The notes under the pieces are model-generated. The model ran no database searches. It was not told where the DNA came from and saw only the letters and a list, made by a program, of their open reading frames with translations. Of a stretch of 64,000 nt of DNA, positions 50,889 through 60,521 are shown one piece after another (the stretch's first letter is position 1; the number at the start of each line of letters is the position of its first letter). The DNA is from an uncultured Verrucomicrobiae bacterium (GTDB lineage Bacteria > Verrucomicrobiota > Verrucomicrobiia > Chthoniobacterales > UBA10450). The translations under genes were made by a program, and so were the position numbers. The stretch lies in assembly GCA_963815455.1 (NCBI GenBank), contig CAWFGO010000002.1, positions 128,001 to 192,000 on the forward strand, in the 5' to 3' direction.

Positions 50889-51590
50889 CTACCTGCGCGA
50901 GGGCATGCTGGATTCGACCCAGCGTTGCGCGAATCGGGTAAGCTCTTTTGAATCATCGAGCTTCAACTTGATCTTGATGCGCGAGCGATAGGTTTCAATC
51001 GTCTTAACATCGACATGCAGCGCGCTCGCAATTTGCCGCGTGCTTCGCCCCTGGCCGATGAGTTGCAGCACTTCGAGCTCGCGGTCGCTCAATCCCCCCA
51101 ACGGCGAATCCGGCTTGATCGATGATCGCCCGAAAAACCGCCGGATGGTGGCGGCAGCAACTTTTTCGCTCAAATAAACATGCCCCTCGAGCACATCCCG
51201 AATCGCCCGAAGCAGTTCGTTGGTTGACTCTCGTTTATGGACAAACCCCCGGGCCCCAGCCCGAATCGCCCGGCCTGCGTAGAGAGACTCGTCGTGCATG
51301 GAAAAAACCAGGATCCGAAGCTTTGGAAAACGAGCGTGAAGATCCTTTATAAAGCCGAGGCCGTGGGAATGTCTCGATGACAAACCAGTGATGACAAGCT
51401 CGGGTTGCGCGGTTGCGATCAGATTCATGGCCAGGCGGGTGTCGTCGGTGGCGTCGCAAACCGCCAGGTCAGCTTCATTGGCAATGAGATGGGCCAATCG
51501 TTCGCGCACAACCGGCTGGTCATCAATGATCAGCACGCGGGCGCTGGCCCCTTTGGCAGTCTTTGCCTTGCTGTTCAAAATTAACGGCAT
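50889..51590 (-). CDS. NarL-family response regulator lacking the phosphoacceptor Asp
   Basis: VLIIDDQP, ELVITGLS (G at the Asp position), SMHDES, GFVHK, LSDRELEVL HTH. Confidence 0.9.
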   Translation of the reverse strand: MPLILNSKAKTAKGASARVLIIDDQPVVRERLAHLIANEADLAVCDATDDTRLAMNLIATAQPELVITGLSSRHSHGLGFIKDLHARFPKLRILVFSMHDESLYAGRAIRAGARGFVHKRESTNELLRAIRDVLEGHVYLSEKVAAATIRRFFGRSSIKPDSPLGGLSDRELEVLQLIGQGRSTRQIASALHVDVKTIETYRSRIKIKLKLDDSKELTRFAQRWVESSMPSRR

Positions 51591-51770
51591 GTCTTAACCT
51601 GCGTCCTGGGCGGGAACCTGGAAAAGACACCGCGCTCCAGCTGCGCTTCGATTCCAAAAGGTAGTAAACCAAATCAGCGACAGGTTTGTCGAGAATTTTT
51701 ACGCAAAAAAAAGACTTCTTCGCCGCTGCCTGCAGGCAGGTTCCAATTGTCTCGAAACCACCTTCAGGGG

Positions 51771-52433
51771 TCACTCGTGTTGCTGGACCCAGCGGCTGGC
51801 CTCCAAGCGCAGCCGGGCCGAGTTTTCGAGACTCAACTTCTCCTTGATGCGCGCGGTGTAGGTATCGATGGTTGCAATTCCAAGCCCTAATTGGGCGCCG
51901 ATTTCGCGCGTGGTCAGGCCTCGACCAATCAAACGGAACACCTCGAGCTCGCGATCGGCCAACCGGTCAACTGGTTCCGCCGTCGTTTCGGTGCCGCTCA
52001 TTATCTTGCTCATCATTCGAGTCATGAACCGCGGGTTCAGGTAAATTTCGCCAGACAGGACCTGTCGAATCGCAGCCAGGACGTCCTCCGACGCTTCATG
52101 TTTGGTAATGTAGCCATTGGCACCGGCGCGCAGCGCCCGTTCTGCATAAAGCGATTCGTCATGCATCGACAGCACCAGCACCGGCACCGTGATTCCGTGC
52201 GCGCGTAGTTTCTTTAACAGCTCCAGCCCGCTCGAACCTTTCAACGTAATATCGACGATGGCGACGCGAGGCCGTGTTTGCCTGATCAATGCGAATCCAT
52301 CTTCGATATTGTCGGCTTCGCCGCATATCTTCATGTCGTCTGCTTTACCAATCAGATGTCCCAGTTGTTCGCGGAACATCCGGTGATCGTCGACAATGAC
52401 GACGCTGATTTCCTTAGGCCGCGGCGATTTCAT
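51771..52433 (-). CDS. NarL-family response regulator (canonical)
   Basis: VIVDDH, VAIVDITL, SMHDES, GYITK, LADRELEVF. Confidence 0.93.
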   Translation of the reverse strand: MKSPRPKEISVVIVDDHRMFREQLGHLIGKADDMKICGEADNIEDGFALIRQTRPRVAIVDITLKGSSGLELLKKLRAHGITVPVLVLSMHDESLYAERALRAGANGYITKHEASEDVLAAIRQVLSGEIYLNPRFMTRMMSKIMSGTETTAEPVDRLADRELEVFRLIGRGLTTREIGAQLGLGIATIDTYTARIKEKLSLENSARLRLEASRWVQQHE

Positions 52434-53451
52434 TTTCCCGGCGATCGGTCCTGGCTGTGCACGAAATCATCGTGCCACCGGTTGTTGGCTGCTCAATCTT
52501 CAGTTCGCCACCTGTCAATCGGGCCCGACAGTCCATGATAGCGAGGCCCATTCCCGTCTTTTCACCACGGTTGGAAATGCCGACGCCGTCATCCAGGACG
52601 CCCAAGGTCAAACGATGATCCGCAGCGTCGAGCGAAATGGCGATGTTCCTCGCTTTGCCATGCCTCGTTGCGTTATTGATCGCCTCCTGCGCGATCCGAT
52701 AAAGGTGCGTCGCGATACGCGCATCACAGTTCGCCAACTCACCGCGAAACTGGAATTTGCAAGTGACCCCGTGTAGTCGAGTGACCGACTGCGCGAGCGA
52801 CTCGAGCGCCGCGGAAAGCCCCACATTGCCCACATGCGCCGGAATAAGCCCCCGCGCCAGATCGCGCGTTTGCACAACCGCGTCCTGGAGCAGCCTGGCC
52901 ACTTCATCTGCTGCCTTGGCCTCGGCCGGCAACTGCAATTGTTGCAAGTCGTCGCGTAATGACGTGGCAGAGCAGGTGAGCGCGGCGAGATATTGGCAGA
53001 GTCCATCGTGCAAATCCCGCCCAATCCGGCGCTGCTCCGCGTCGCTGATATTGACGATCTGATGCTCCAATCGCTGGGAACGCTCCAAGAGCGCGATGCG
53101 ACCCGCGGCGATTTCGCTTTTCGCCTTCAAGGCCGAGCCTACCAAAGCGATCACCAGGCACGTTCCCAAGTGCCGTGCAACCTCCCAGCTCTCCGTCCAT
53201 CCGCTCAAATCTGGATCATGGCTCATCCAGTCGGCTGCCAACGAAACCAACCCTCCAACAAGGCCACCAACTATCCCCATTTTCTTGCCGCAAAACCAGG
53301 ATATTACAAAAACCGGAGCCGCATAGAATGGCAGAAGCCGAATCTCGTACCCGGTGATGATATCGAGTATTCCGATCACCACCAGCAACGCCACCATCTC
53401 GGCAACAATAAAGGCGCGCGGCTGCTTCGAAAAAGCCTTGGATAAACTCAT
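52414..53451 (-). CDS. Membrane sensor histidine kinase (HisKA_3 type)
   Basis: TM helices, EQRRIGRDLHDGLCQ, RIAQEAINNA, DDGVG, GMGL. Confidence 0.93.
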   Translation of the reverse strand: MSLSKAFSKQPRAFIVAEMVALLVVIGILDIITGYEIRLLPFYAAPVFVISWFCGKKMGIVGGLVGGLVSLAADWMSHDPDLSGWTESWEVARHLGTCLVIALVGSALKAKSEIAAGRIALLERSQRLEHQIVNISDAEQRRIGRDLHDGLCQYLAALTCSATSLRDDLQQLQLPAEAKAADEVARLLQDAVVQTRDLARGLIPAHVGNVGLSAALESLAQSVTRLHGVTCKFQFRGELANCDARIATHLYRIAQEAINNATRHGKARNIAISLDAADHRLTLGVLDDGVGISNRGEKTGMGLAIMDCRARLTGGELKIEQPTTGGTMISCTARTDRRENEIAAA

Positions 53452-53626
53452 CTGGTAGGACCCGTAAGAGCTTTTTGAATATTACCAATCTCGCCATCAG
53501 AACGACAGATGATTTTTCAGAGGTCCATCCGGCCATCTCCCCTTGCCCTGTCGCTGCCTTTTCGAACCGGGGCCAGTTTCGAGGCCACGGGATAGTGACA
53601 GCGACGTCAAACCGCGTTTCCGACCG

Positions 53627-55783
53627 TCACTTTTTCTTAAATACTTCAACCGCATTCCAGGCTTCATCCGGCGGTTGCTGCTCGTATTCCAGCGCGCGAT
53701 CGAGATACATCTTGGCCAGGAAATCGTCGGGATAAAATTCGAGGAAACGCGACAATAAAATTTTCGCTTCCTTGAAATCGCGGGCCCGAAATTTCAGCAG
53801 CGCTTCTTCGTAGGTCTCGAGCCATTTCAACAATTCAGGATCGACACTGTCCTTTCGGGCGCCGATCAGAGTGAAAATGTCCACCGGCTCGGTCTTGCCC
53901 TTTACCTGGGCCCGGGCGACCGAGCGCAAATGGAATTCATCGCGCACGTTTTCCGCCACGGTCGGACCGAGGAGAATGTCCACACTGTAAACGCGGGTCA
54001 ATCCTTCCAGCCGCGAAGCCAGATTAACGGCATCGCCGATCACGGTGGGATCGAGCCGCTCATGCGGCGCATAGGAACCGATATTGCCGATCAGCGCTTC
54101 GCCCTGGTTGATCCCGACCCCGAATGCGAGCTGGTTGACCCCTTCGGATTTCCACGCCTCGTTCAATTTGCGCATCTCGGATCGCATCCCGAGCGCGGCG
54201 CGCACTGCTGCTTTACAGTCCTGGGCTACCCCGTGACTGCTCACATTCCCCCAAACCGCCATGATGGCGTCGCCGATGAATTTATCGAGCGTGCCGCCGT
54301 TATCGAAAACCATCGGCACCATGCAGCTGAGATAACGATTGAGCTGTTGCACGAGCGCAGCCGGGTCGGCCTTCTCCGATAGACTGGTAAACCCGACGAG
54401 ATCGGAGAAGAGAACCGTGACCGGTTTACGCGCACCGAGCAGGGAGCTGTAAAAGCCACCCGGATTTTCTAGGATCTCTTTGACCAGATTTTTCGAAACG
54501 TAACGTTCGAGGGTGCGCCGGGTGCGCAGTTTTTCGAGGCGCTCCAGCGTGTATTCTAGAGCGAGGCCCACCACGCCACTGAGAAGGAACGCCGTTAATG
54601 CCGGCACCACCATGATGAGAATACCCCAGTGATCGTAGAGGAAGCGCGACAGACCGAGATAAGTGCCACTGATCACGGTCAAGCTAATAAGATTAAGGGT
54701 GGCACGACGAACAATGGCCAGAACCACCCAGGCTAACAGGCCAAAAAAGACAATCGTGGCAAAGTCGACCCAGATCGACGTGTCATAAATGAACTCATGA
54801 TCGAGAAGAGCGGCCAGCGCGTGCAAGTGAATCACTGGACCGGGCGTTTCGGGGCTTATGGGTGTATCGAAGACGTCGTGTACAATCTGGGCTGACGACC
54901 CAATCATCACAATCTTGTCTTTGAAGAATTCACCGCTCTTGTAATTAGCCCGCCACAACGCAGGATCGAAAACTTCCCAAAGCTTGTATGGCAGGTAGGC
55001 GGAAGGATCGCTAAATCGAAAGATATGAGGTTTCAGGTCGCGCGGGATCGCGTCAGCTCGGCCCAGTTTAGTGGCCGCTCGAGCACTCAGCGACTCATAC
55101 GGAATTTCGTACGGTTCCGGCGGCTGCCGGGCCAGTTGCAGATCGGTCATCGTGTAACGCGCCGAACGGATCTTTTGATCGAGCGCATCGGGAAAGAAAA
55201 CAACGTACCCGACCCGATCGTCATCCAGTTGAGAGCCGACGCTACCGTCTGGGAGTCGCGGCGGCGGGATGATTGACGGACTTGGCGGAATTTTCTTGAC
55301 CTCACCAGTCTGCTGAAGGCCTAAGAAATCGAAGTTCGCGCCGATAACGACCTTGTCCCGATAGCGATCCAAAGCCGCTTGAAACTCGGCGTCTCCGTCA
55401 CCCGGTTTGTCGAAACTCATATCAAAAATGACCAGGCGCGCGCCCGACTGACACAATCGATCAAGCAGCAAGGCCCAAAACTCACGCGACCAGGGATACG
55501 GATGTGCCGTCATTAGTTGGAACGCGCGATTGCCCTTCACGTCCGCTGGATCAAACGGCTCAAAGGAAAGCGTGCTCTGATCGATCCCAAGGAAAACAAA
55601 ATCCTGATGCGTTCGGGTCTTACGTCCCTCTCTCCGAAGCAAATCCTCGAATCCCTGCTCGCTCCGCCACACCGTGGAGAGGAACGGAACACCGGCGGCA
55701 AAGTGCAAGCTAAGCACCAGCGCGGTGAAGAAAAAACAGATGCCCGCCAGGATCGACAATCGGTGCCGGTTGAGCCAATGCAC
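53627..55783 (-). CDS. CHASE2-domain adenylate/guanylate cyclase
   Basis: LGIDQ, PYPWSR, PGPVIH, three TM helices, VLFSDLVGFT, DKFIGDAIMAVWG, GDAVNLASRLEG. Confidence 0.93.
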   Translation of the reverse strand: MHWLNRHRLSILAGICFFFTALVLSLHFAAGVPFLSTVWRSEQGFEDLLRREGRKTRTHQDFVFLGIDQSTLSFEPFDPADVKGNRAFQLMTAHPYPWSREFWALLLDRLCQSGARLVIFDMSFDKPGDGDAEFQAALDRYRDKVVIGANFDFLGLQQTGEVKKIPPSPSIIPPPRLPDGSVGSQLDDDRVGYVVFFPDALDQKIRSARYTMTDLQLARQPPEPYEIPYESLSARAATKLGRADAIPRDLKPHIFRFSDPSAYLPYKLWEVFDPALWRANYKSGEFFKDKIVMIGSSAQIVHDVFDTPISPETPGPVIHLHALAALLDHEFIYDTSIWVDFATIVFFGLLAWVVLAIVRRATLNLISLTVISGTYLGLSRFLYDHWGILIMVVPALTAFLLSGVVGLALEYTLERLEKLRTRRTLERYVSKNLVKEILENPGGFYSSLLGARKPVTVLFSDLVGFTSLSEKADPAALVQQLNRYLSCMVPMVFDNGGTLDKFIGDAIMAVWGNVSSHGVAQDCKAAVRAALGMRSEMRKLNEAWKSEGVNQLAFGVGINQGEALIGNIGSYAPHERLDPTVIGDAVNLASRLEGLTRVYSVDILLGPTVAENVRDEFHLRSVARAQVKGKTEPVDIFTLIGARKDSVDPELLKWLETYEEALLKFRARDFKEAKILLSRFLEFYPDDFLAKMYLDRALEYEQQPPDEAWNAVEVFKKK

Positions 55784-56030
55784 AACGCCTAATATATATC
55801 AAAGCTGGCTAAAGCACCAGACTCCACGTCTCCTCCACCGGACGAATTCGCCGCCGTGCAAAATCGGTTGTCATTTTCCACCCGGCGTCTACTTTTCCCG
55901 CCCCACAAGCGATCCTTCCACCTACCCTGTGCACTGTGCGGGGTTATCGGCGAGCGAGGTCGGACGGATCGATAACAAAACAACAGCTCGCTGAAAGAGG
56001 AGTTCCCGCTGCGGCGGGGACGTAACAACG

Positions 56031-56408
56031 ATGCCAAGAGCCACTAATTCGCCCGCCAGCCGGGCCCGACGCAAACGCGTCATTAAATCCGCCAAGGGTT
56101 ATCGCGGTCGCCGGTCGAAACTCTTCCGCTACGCCAAAGACGCGACGATGAAAGGCAAATACTGGGCCTATCGCGATCGCAAGACCCGCAAACGCAATTT
56201 CCGCATGCTCTGGGTGCAGCGACTCAACGCAGCTGCCCGCGCCAACGGGATGACCTACAGCCGCTTCGCCGAAGGACTCAAAGCCGCCGGCATCGGGCTC
56301 GATCGCAAAATCCTTGCTGATCTGGCCGTCACGGACGAGGCCGCGTTCAAGTCGATTGTCGATCAAGCCAAGAGCGCCCTGGAAAAGAAAAATAAAAAAG
56401 CGGCGTGA
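56031..56408 (+). CDS. rplT: 50S ribosomal protein L20
   Basis: AKGYRGRRS, AYRDRKTRKRNFRMLW, LDRKILADLA. Confidence 0.98.
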   Translation: MPRATNSPASRARRKRVIKSAKGYRGRRSKLFRYAKDATMKGKYWAYRDRKTRKRNFRMLWVQRLNAAARANGMTYSRFAEGLKAAGIGLDRKILADLAVTDEAAFKSIVDQAKSALEKKNKKAA

Positions 56409-56470
56409 TTCGTTGAAACGATGAAGCGTTGCAGCGAATTCGCTTCAACGCTTAAACTCTTTAACGCTTC

Positions 56471-57484
56471 ATGCATCCACTCGAACAGCTACGCGACGAC
56501 GCTCTGCGCGAAATCGAATCCGCGGCGGATGAGAAATCGCTCGACACCGCGCGGGTGAAATATCTCGGACGCAGTGGCAGCATCTCGGCCTGGGGCGAAC
56601 AGATGAAGACCCTCGGCAAGGAGGAGCGGCCGATCGTCGGAAAACTACTCAACGAAGCGCGCATTGCCGTCACCTCGGCGCTCGATGCGCGCGCCGAGAT
56701 ATTCCGCGCCAAAAAAGAGAGCGAATCGCTGGCTAACATCGACATCTCGCTTCCCGGCACGCCGGCCGAGCGTGGCTCGTTGCATCCCCTCACCCAGATG
56801 CTCGATCGTGCGATCGATATTTTCCGGCGCATGGGTTTCGCCCTCGCTGATGGCCCGGATATCGAGACGGAATTCCATTGCTTCGACGCCCTCAATACGC
56901 CGGCCGACCACCCGGCGCGCAACGAGCAGGACACATTTTATCTTCCGGATGGCCGTCTCCTCCGGACGCACACTTCCACCGTTCAAATCCGAACCATGGA
57001 ATCGGCGCCCCCGCCGATTCGCGTGATCGCGCCGGGCGCGGCGTATCGCCGCGACGAAGTGGATGCGACCCACAGCGCCCAGTTTCACCAGATCGAGGGC
57101 CTCTACGTCGACGAAAACGTCAGCGTTGCGGATTTAAAAGGAACGCTCGAATTCTTCATGCGCGAACTTTTCGGTCCTGATACGGCGGTGCGCTTTCGGC
57201 CGCACTACTTTCCGTTCACCGAGCCGAGCTTCGAAATCGATGTCCAATCGAAAGCTCTCAAGGGCGGCGAGCAATGGATTGAAGTCTGCGGTTCGGGCAT
57301 GGTCCATCCAGCCGTGTTCGAAGAAGTAAATAAGGCGCGTGGCGATACCGCCTATGATCCGGAGAAATGGACCGGCTTCGCGTTCGGTCTCGGCATGGAT
57401 CGGCTGGCCATGATCCTGTTCGATATTCCCGATATTCGTCTCTTCGCGCAAAACGATCTGCGGTTTTTGAAACAATTCGCATGA
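56471..57484 (+). CDS. pheS: Phenylalanyl-tRNA synthetase alpha subunit
   Basis: HPARNEQDTFY, LRTHTS, FHQIEGL, FPFTEPS, GFAFGLG. Confidence 0.98.
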   Translation: MHPLEQLRDDALREIESAADEKSLDTARVKYLGRSGSISAWGEQMKTLGKEERPIVGKLLNEARIAVTSALDARAEIFRAKKESESLANIDISLPGTPAERGSLHPLTQMLDRAIDIFRRMGFALADGPDIETEFHCFDALNTPADHPARNEQDTFYLPDGRLLRTHTSTVQIRTMESAPPPIRVIAPGAAYRRDEVDATHSAQFHQIEGLYVDENVSVADLKGTLEFFMRELFGPDTAVRFRPHYFPFTEPSFEIDVQSKALKGGEQWIEVCGSGMVHPAVFEEVNKARGDTAYDPEKWTGFAFGLGMDRLAMILFDIPDIRLFAQNDLRFLKQFA

Positions 57485-57500
57485 ATACGATTGGGCGAAC

Positions 57501-57617
57501 GGAAGACAGCCTGCCAGGCTGTCTCGGCGGGCAGGCTGCCAGCCTGCTGAATCGGCAGGTTGTTGAATCGACAGGCTGGCAGCCCGTCGGCCTAGACAGG
57601 CAAGCTGCCTGTCCTCC
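57501..57617. repeat. REP-like palindrome cluster between pheS and pheT
   Basis: GACAGCCTGCCAGGCTGTC, GCAGGCTGCCAGCCTGC, ACAGGCTGGCAGCC, GACAGGCAAGCTGCCTGTC; same family as 35629-35776. Confidence 0.8.
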
Positions 57618-57620
57618 TTT

Positions 57621-60017
57621 ATGAAATTCTCCGTTAACTGGCTCCGCGAATTTGTCGATCTTCCGGCGAGTGTCGATGCGCTGGCCGAATTGCTCACGCT
57701 CGCCGGCGTCGAGATCGAAGCGGTCGAGCAACGCGGAGCGAACATTGACAACGTGGTTGTCGCGCAAATCACTGCTTCATCCCAACATCCCAACGCCGAT
57801 CGTCTCACTGTTTGCGAGGTCGATGACGCCAGCGGAGCGAAGCGCCAGATCGTTTGCGGAGCGAAAAATTACAAAGTGGGCGACAAAGTGCCGCTGGCGT
57901 TGCCGGGTGCGAAATTGCCTAACGGGCTGGAAATCAAGAAAAGCAAACTGCGCGGGATCGATAGCGAAGGGATGCTTTGCAGCCCCATCGAACTCGGGTT
58001 CGGTCAGGAAGCTTCCGGGCTCCTGATTCTGTCGCCCGAGGCAAAAATCGGCGCGCCGATTGTCGATCTTTTTCCGAGCGATACGATTCTCGATGTCGAG
58101 ATCACGCCGAACCGCGGCGATTTGTTAAGTCATTTCGGATTGGCCCGGGAGATTGCGGCACTGACTCGGTCGTCATTCCGAGCCCCGAAAGCTTTCGGGG
58201 TCGAGGAATCCCGGGGCAAAACGAAAAATAGCGCGGCAGGATCCCTCGACGTTGCTCGGGATGACCGTAACATTAAGATCACCGCGCCGCATGAATGCCC
58301 ATTTTTTTCCGCGCGCAGGATCGACAATGTCACCGTGGGCCCGAGCCCCGATTGGCTCAGGGCAAAGATCGAAAGCGTCGGAATTCGCTCAATCAATAAC
58401 ATTGTCGACATATCGAATTTCGTTCTGGCCGAGCTCGGTCAGCCGACTCACGCCTTCGATGCCGATAAACTCAAAGGCGGAATTAACGTCCGGCTCGCGC
58501 GCGCGGGCGAAAAATTCCTCGCACTCGATGGAAAAACATATTCGCTCGGGCCGGATAATCTCGTGATTGCCGACTCCGAACGCGCGATTGGAATTGGCGG
58601 GGTGATGGGCGGTGAGGAAACGGGCGTTACCGCATCGACAAAGAAGGTGTTGCTCGAGAGCGCCTACTTTTTGCCGTCCAGCATTCGACGCACTGCGCGC
58701 AGTCTGAATTTGCCAAGCGACGCCAGCTATCGCTTTGAGCGCGGAGTCGATCCGCAAATGGTCCTGCGCGCGTCGCAAAGGGTCACTGAATTGATTCGCG
58801 AAATCGCCGGCGGAAAACCCGCCAGGGATGTCGCGACTGCCGGCGAACTTCCCGCCGATCCGGCGGACGTCTCGTTGAGCTACAAAAAATGCGATCAGGT
58901 TTTGGGAATCGAAATCAAGCCGAAGGCAATCGATGAAATCCTCGAAGGCTTTGGATCAAACAAGCGCTCGAGCAAGAGCAAGAAGGACGGAGGATCGAAA
59001 TGGAAAATCCCGAGTTACCGGCGGGATTTGCAGCGCGATGTCGATCTTATCGAGGAAATCGTGCGGGCTTACGGCGTGCAGAAGATCGAGGGCACGGACC
59101 GAAGCCGGTTCACTCCGTCGAGCCCGGCCGATCGTGAATACGATCTGGAATCCGCAATGCGCCAAGACCTGGCCACCTACGGCCTTTCCGAAACGCGCAC
59201 ATCAAAACTGATTCCAAGAAATGCTTCGTCCTTCAGCGACAACGCGGTCGCGTTGCGTAATCCCTTGAGCGAAGAACATGTCGCGCTCCGTCCGAGCCTG
59301 ATCACCGGTTTGCTCGAAGTGCTCGAACGAAATGTCCGCGCCGGAGCGGAACGGGTGGCGATTTTTGAAATCGGCCGCGCGTTCATTCCGCCTTCGGGAA
59401 AAGAGGAACGGCATCTTGCCATTCTGCTGTGGGGCAAATTGTCAGCGAAACCGGATTGGCGATCGCAGAGCAGCCGGCAGCTCGATCTATTCGATCTCAA
59501 GAGCGCGCTAACCTCCGTCGTTCCGAACCTGTCGTTCCGAAAGACGAATAATCCGGACCTCGCCCTGGCGGTGGAAGTTTGGTCGGCCAATCGAATGATT
59601 GGGTTCGGCGGACAAATCTCCATGAGCAAAGCGAGCACCTCGGGAGCGGTCTTTGTGGCGGAACTGCACGCGGACCTTTTGCTAGAGCAGCACGAATCGG
59701 CGAATAAATTTCGCGAGATGGAGCGATTTCCCGCGGTCACGCGCGACATCGCCATGATTGTTGCTGAGAAAACCAGTCATGAAGAAATCGAGCGGGCGAT
59801 ACGCACCGTTCCAGAACCGCTCCTGGAGAGCGTGCAATTGTTCGATCTATTTGAAGGCGGGGAAAGTTCCGGTATCGGACCGGCACGAAAATCGCTCGCA
59901 TATTCATTGACATACCGTGACAAAACTCGCACACTCACCAGCGAGGAAGTGAGTGTGGCGCACGCGAAAATTCGCGAGCGATTGCAACGCGACCTCGGCG
60001 CAGAATTGCGCGAGTAG
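57621..60017 (+). CDS. pheT: Phenylalanyl-tRNA synthetase beta subunit
   Basis: HPNADRL, QIVCGAKN, ITPNRGD, RFERGVD, DLIEEI, FPAVTRDIA, KSLAY. Confidence 0.98.
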   Translation: MKFSVNWLREFVDLPASVDALAELLTLAGVEIEAVEQRGANIDNVVVAQITASSQHPNADRLTVCEVDDASGAKRQIVCGAKNYKVGDKVPLALPGAKLPNGLEIKKSKLRGIDSEGMLCSPIELGFGQEASGLLILSPEAKIGAPIVDLFPSDTILDVEITPNRGDLLSHFGLAREIAALTRSSFRAPKAFGVEESRGKTKNSAAGSLDVARDDRNIKITAPHECPFFSARRIDNVTVGPSPDWLRAKIESVGIRSINNIVDISNFVLAELGQPTHAFDADKLKGGINVRLARAGEKFLALDGKTYSLGPDNLVIADSERAIGIGGVMGGEETGVTASTKKVLLESAYFLPSSIRRTARSLNLPSDASYRFERGVDPQMVLRASQRVTELIREIAGGKPARDVATAGELPADPADVSLSYKKCDQVLGIEIKPKAIDEILEGFGSNKRSSKSKKDGGSKWKIPSYRRDLQRDVDLIEEIVRAYGVQKIEGTDRSRFTPSSPADREYDLESAMRQDLATYGLSETRTSKLIPRNASSFSDNAVALRNPLSEEHVALRPSLITGLLEVLERNVRAGAERVAIFEIGRAFIPPSGKEERHLAILLWGKLSAKPDWRSQSSRQLDLFDLKSALTSVVPNLSFRKTNNPDLALAVEVWSANRMIGFGGQISMSKASTSGAVFVAELHADLLLEQHESANKFREMERFPAVTRDIAMIVAEKTSHEEIERAIRTVPEPLLESVQLFDLFEGGESSGIGPARKSLAYSLTYRDKTRTLTSEEVSVAHAKIRERLQRDLGAELRE
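58172..58265. repeat. GTCAT...GATGAC element inside pheT, in frame
   Basis: GTCATTCCGAGC-CCCGAAAGCTTTCGGG-GTCGAGGAATCCC...GGATCCCTCGACGTTGCTCGGGATGAC. Confidence 0.85.
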
Positions 60018-60100
60018 TTCTTTGAGAACGAGAGCCGTTCGTTGAGGGTTGGGCAGGAAACCAGTGCTTTTCTCTCAACTCTCTACCAACGGCTTTCAAA

Positions 60101-60285
60101 ATTTACCCTGCGATGTACGAGATTATCAGGTGGGATTCCCGAACCGATAGTTGATTAACTCAGGAGGCTCGGTCGCGCGCGGAACATGGCATGCCTTCAT
60201 TGGAAGTCAGACGACGCCGCGGCGGTCATCCGCTCGTTACCAAAAGGGAACGGGAGATCCGCCTAAACGGCAGAGTGGGGTAAAA
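60101..60285 (+). ncRNA. ssrS: Probable 6S RNA
   Basis: About 185-nt non-coding rod: TTTACCC pairs with GGGTAAA; AGGTGGGATTCCCG pairs imperfectly with CGGGAGATCCGCCT; central bubble after GAACCGATA; lies downstream of pheT and is followed by a terminator. Confidence 0.8.
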
Positions 60286-60293
60286 ATTTCGAA

Positions 60294-60332
60294 GAGGCCT
60301 GGATTGAATCATTGATCCAGGCCTTTTTTCTT
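60294..60332 (+). terminator. Intrinsic terminator after the 6S RNA
   Basis: AGGCCTGGAT...ATCCAGGCCT followed by a T run. Confidence 0.85.
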
Positions 60333-60363
60333 TTCCCAAAACCAAGGCCAAACGCCTTAACGA

Positions 60364-60466
60364 GTCATCCCGAACGAAGTGAGGGACCTCGCAGTCGCAG
60401 CAAGGATGCGCAAGTGATCAGAACGCATGGACCGAACGAGAGATCCTTCGCTTCGCTCAGGATGAC
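60364..60466. repeat. GTCATCC...GGATGAC palindromic element
   Basis: Same termini as the copies at 40.5 kb. Confidence 0.88.
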
Positions 60467-60521
60467 AATCTTTACTTGAGCGCTGGCCGTGGAGCGTTGA
60501 ACGTTGGGCGTTTTTGAAATA

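Noticed and set aside
60101..60285. Riboswitch or pyrimidine attenuator for carA
   Set aside because: It is a closed rod of 6S-like size and features, with its own terminator, and is separated from carA by a repeat element.
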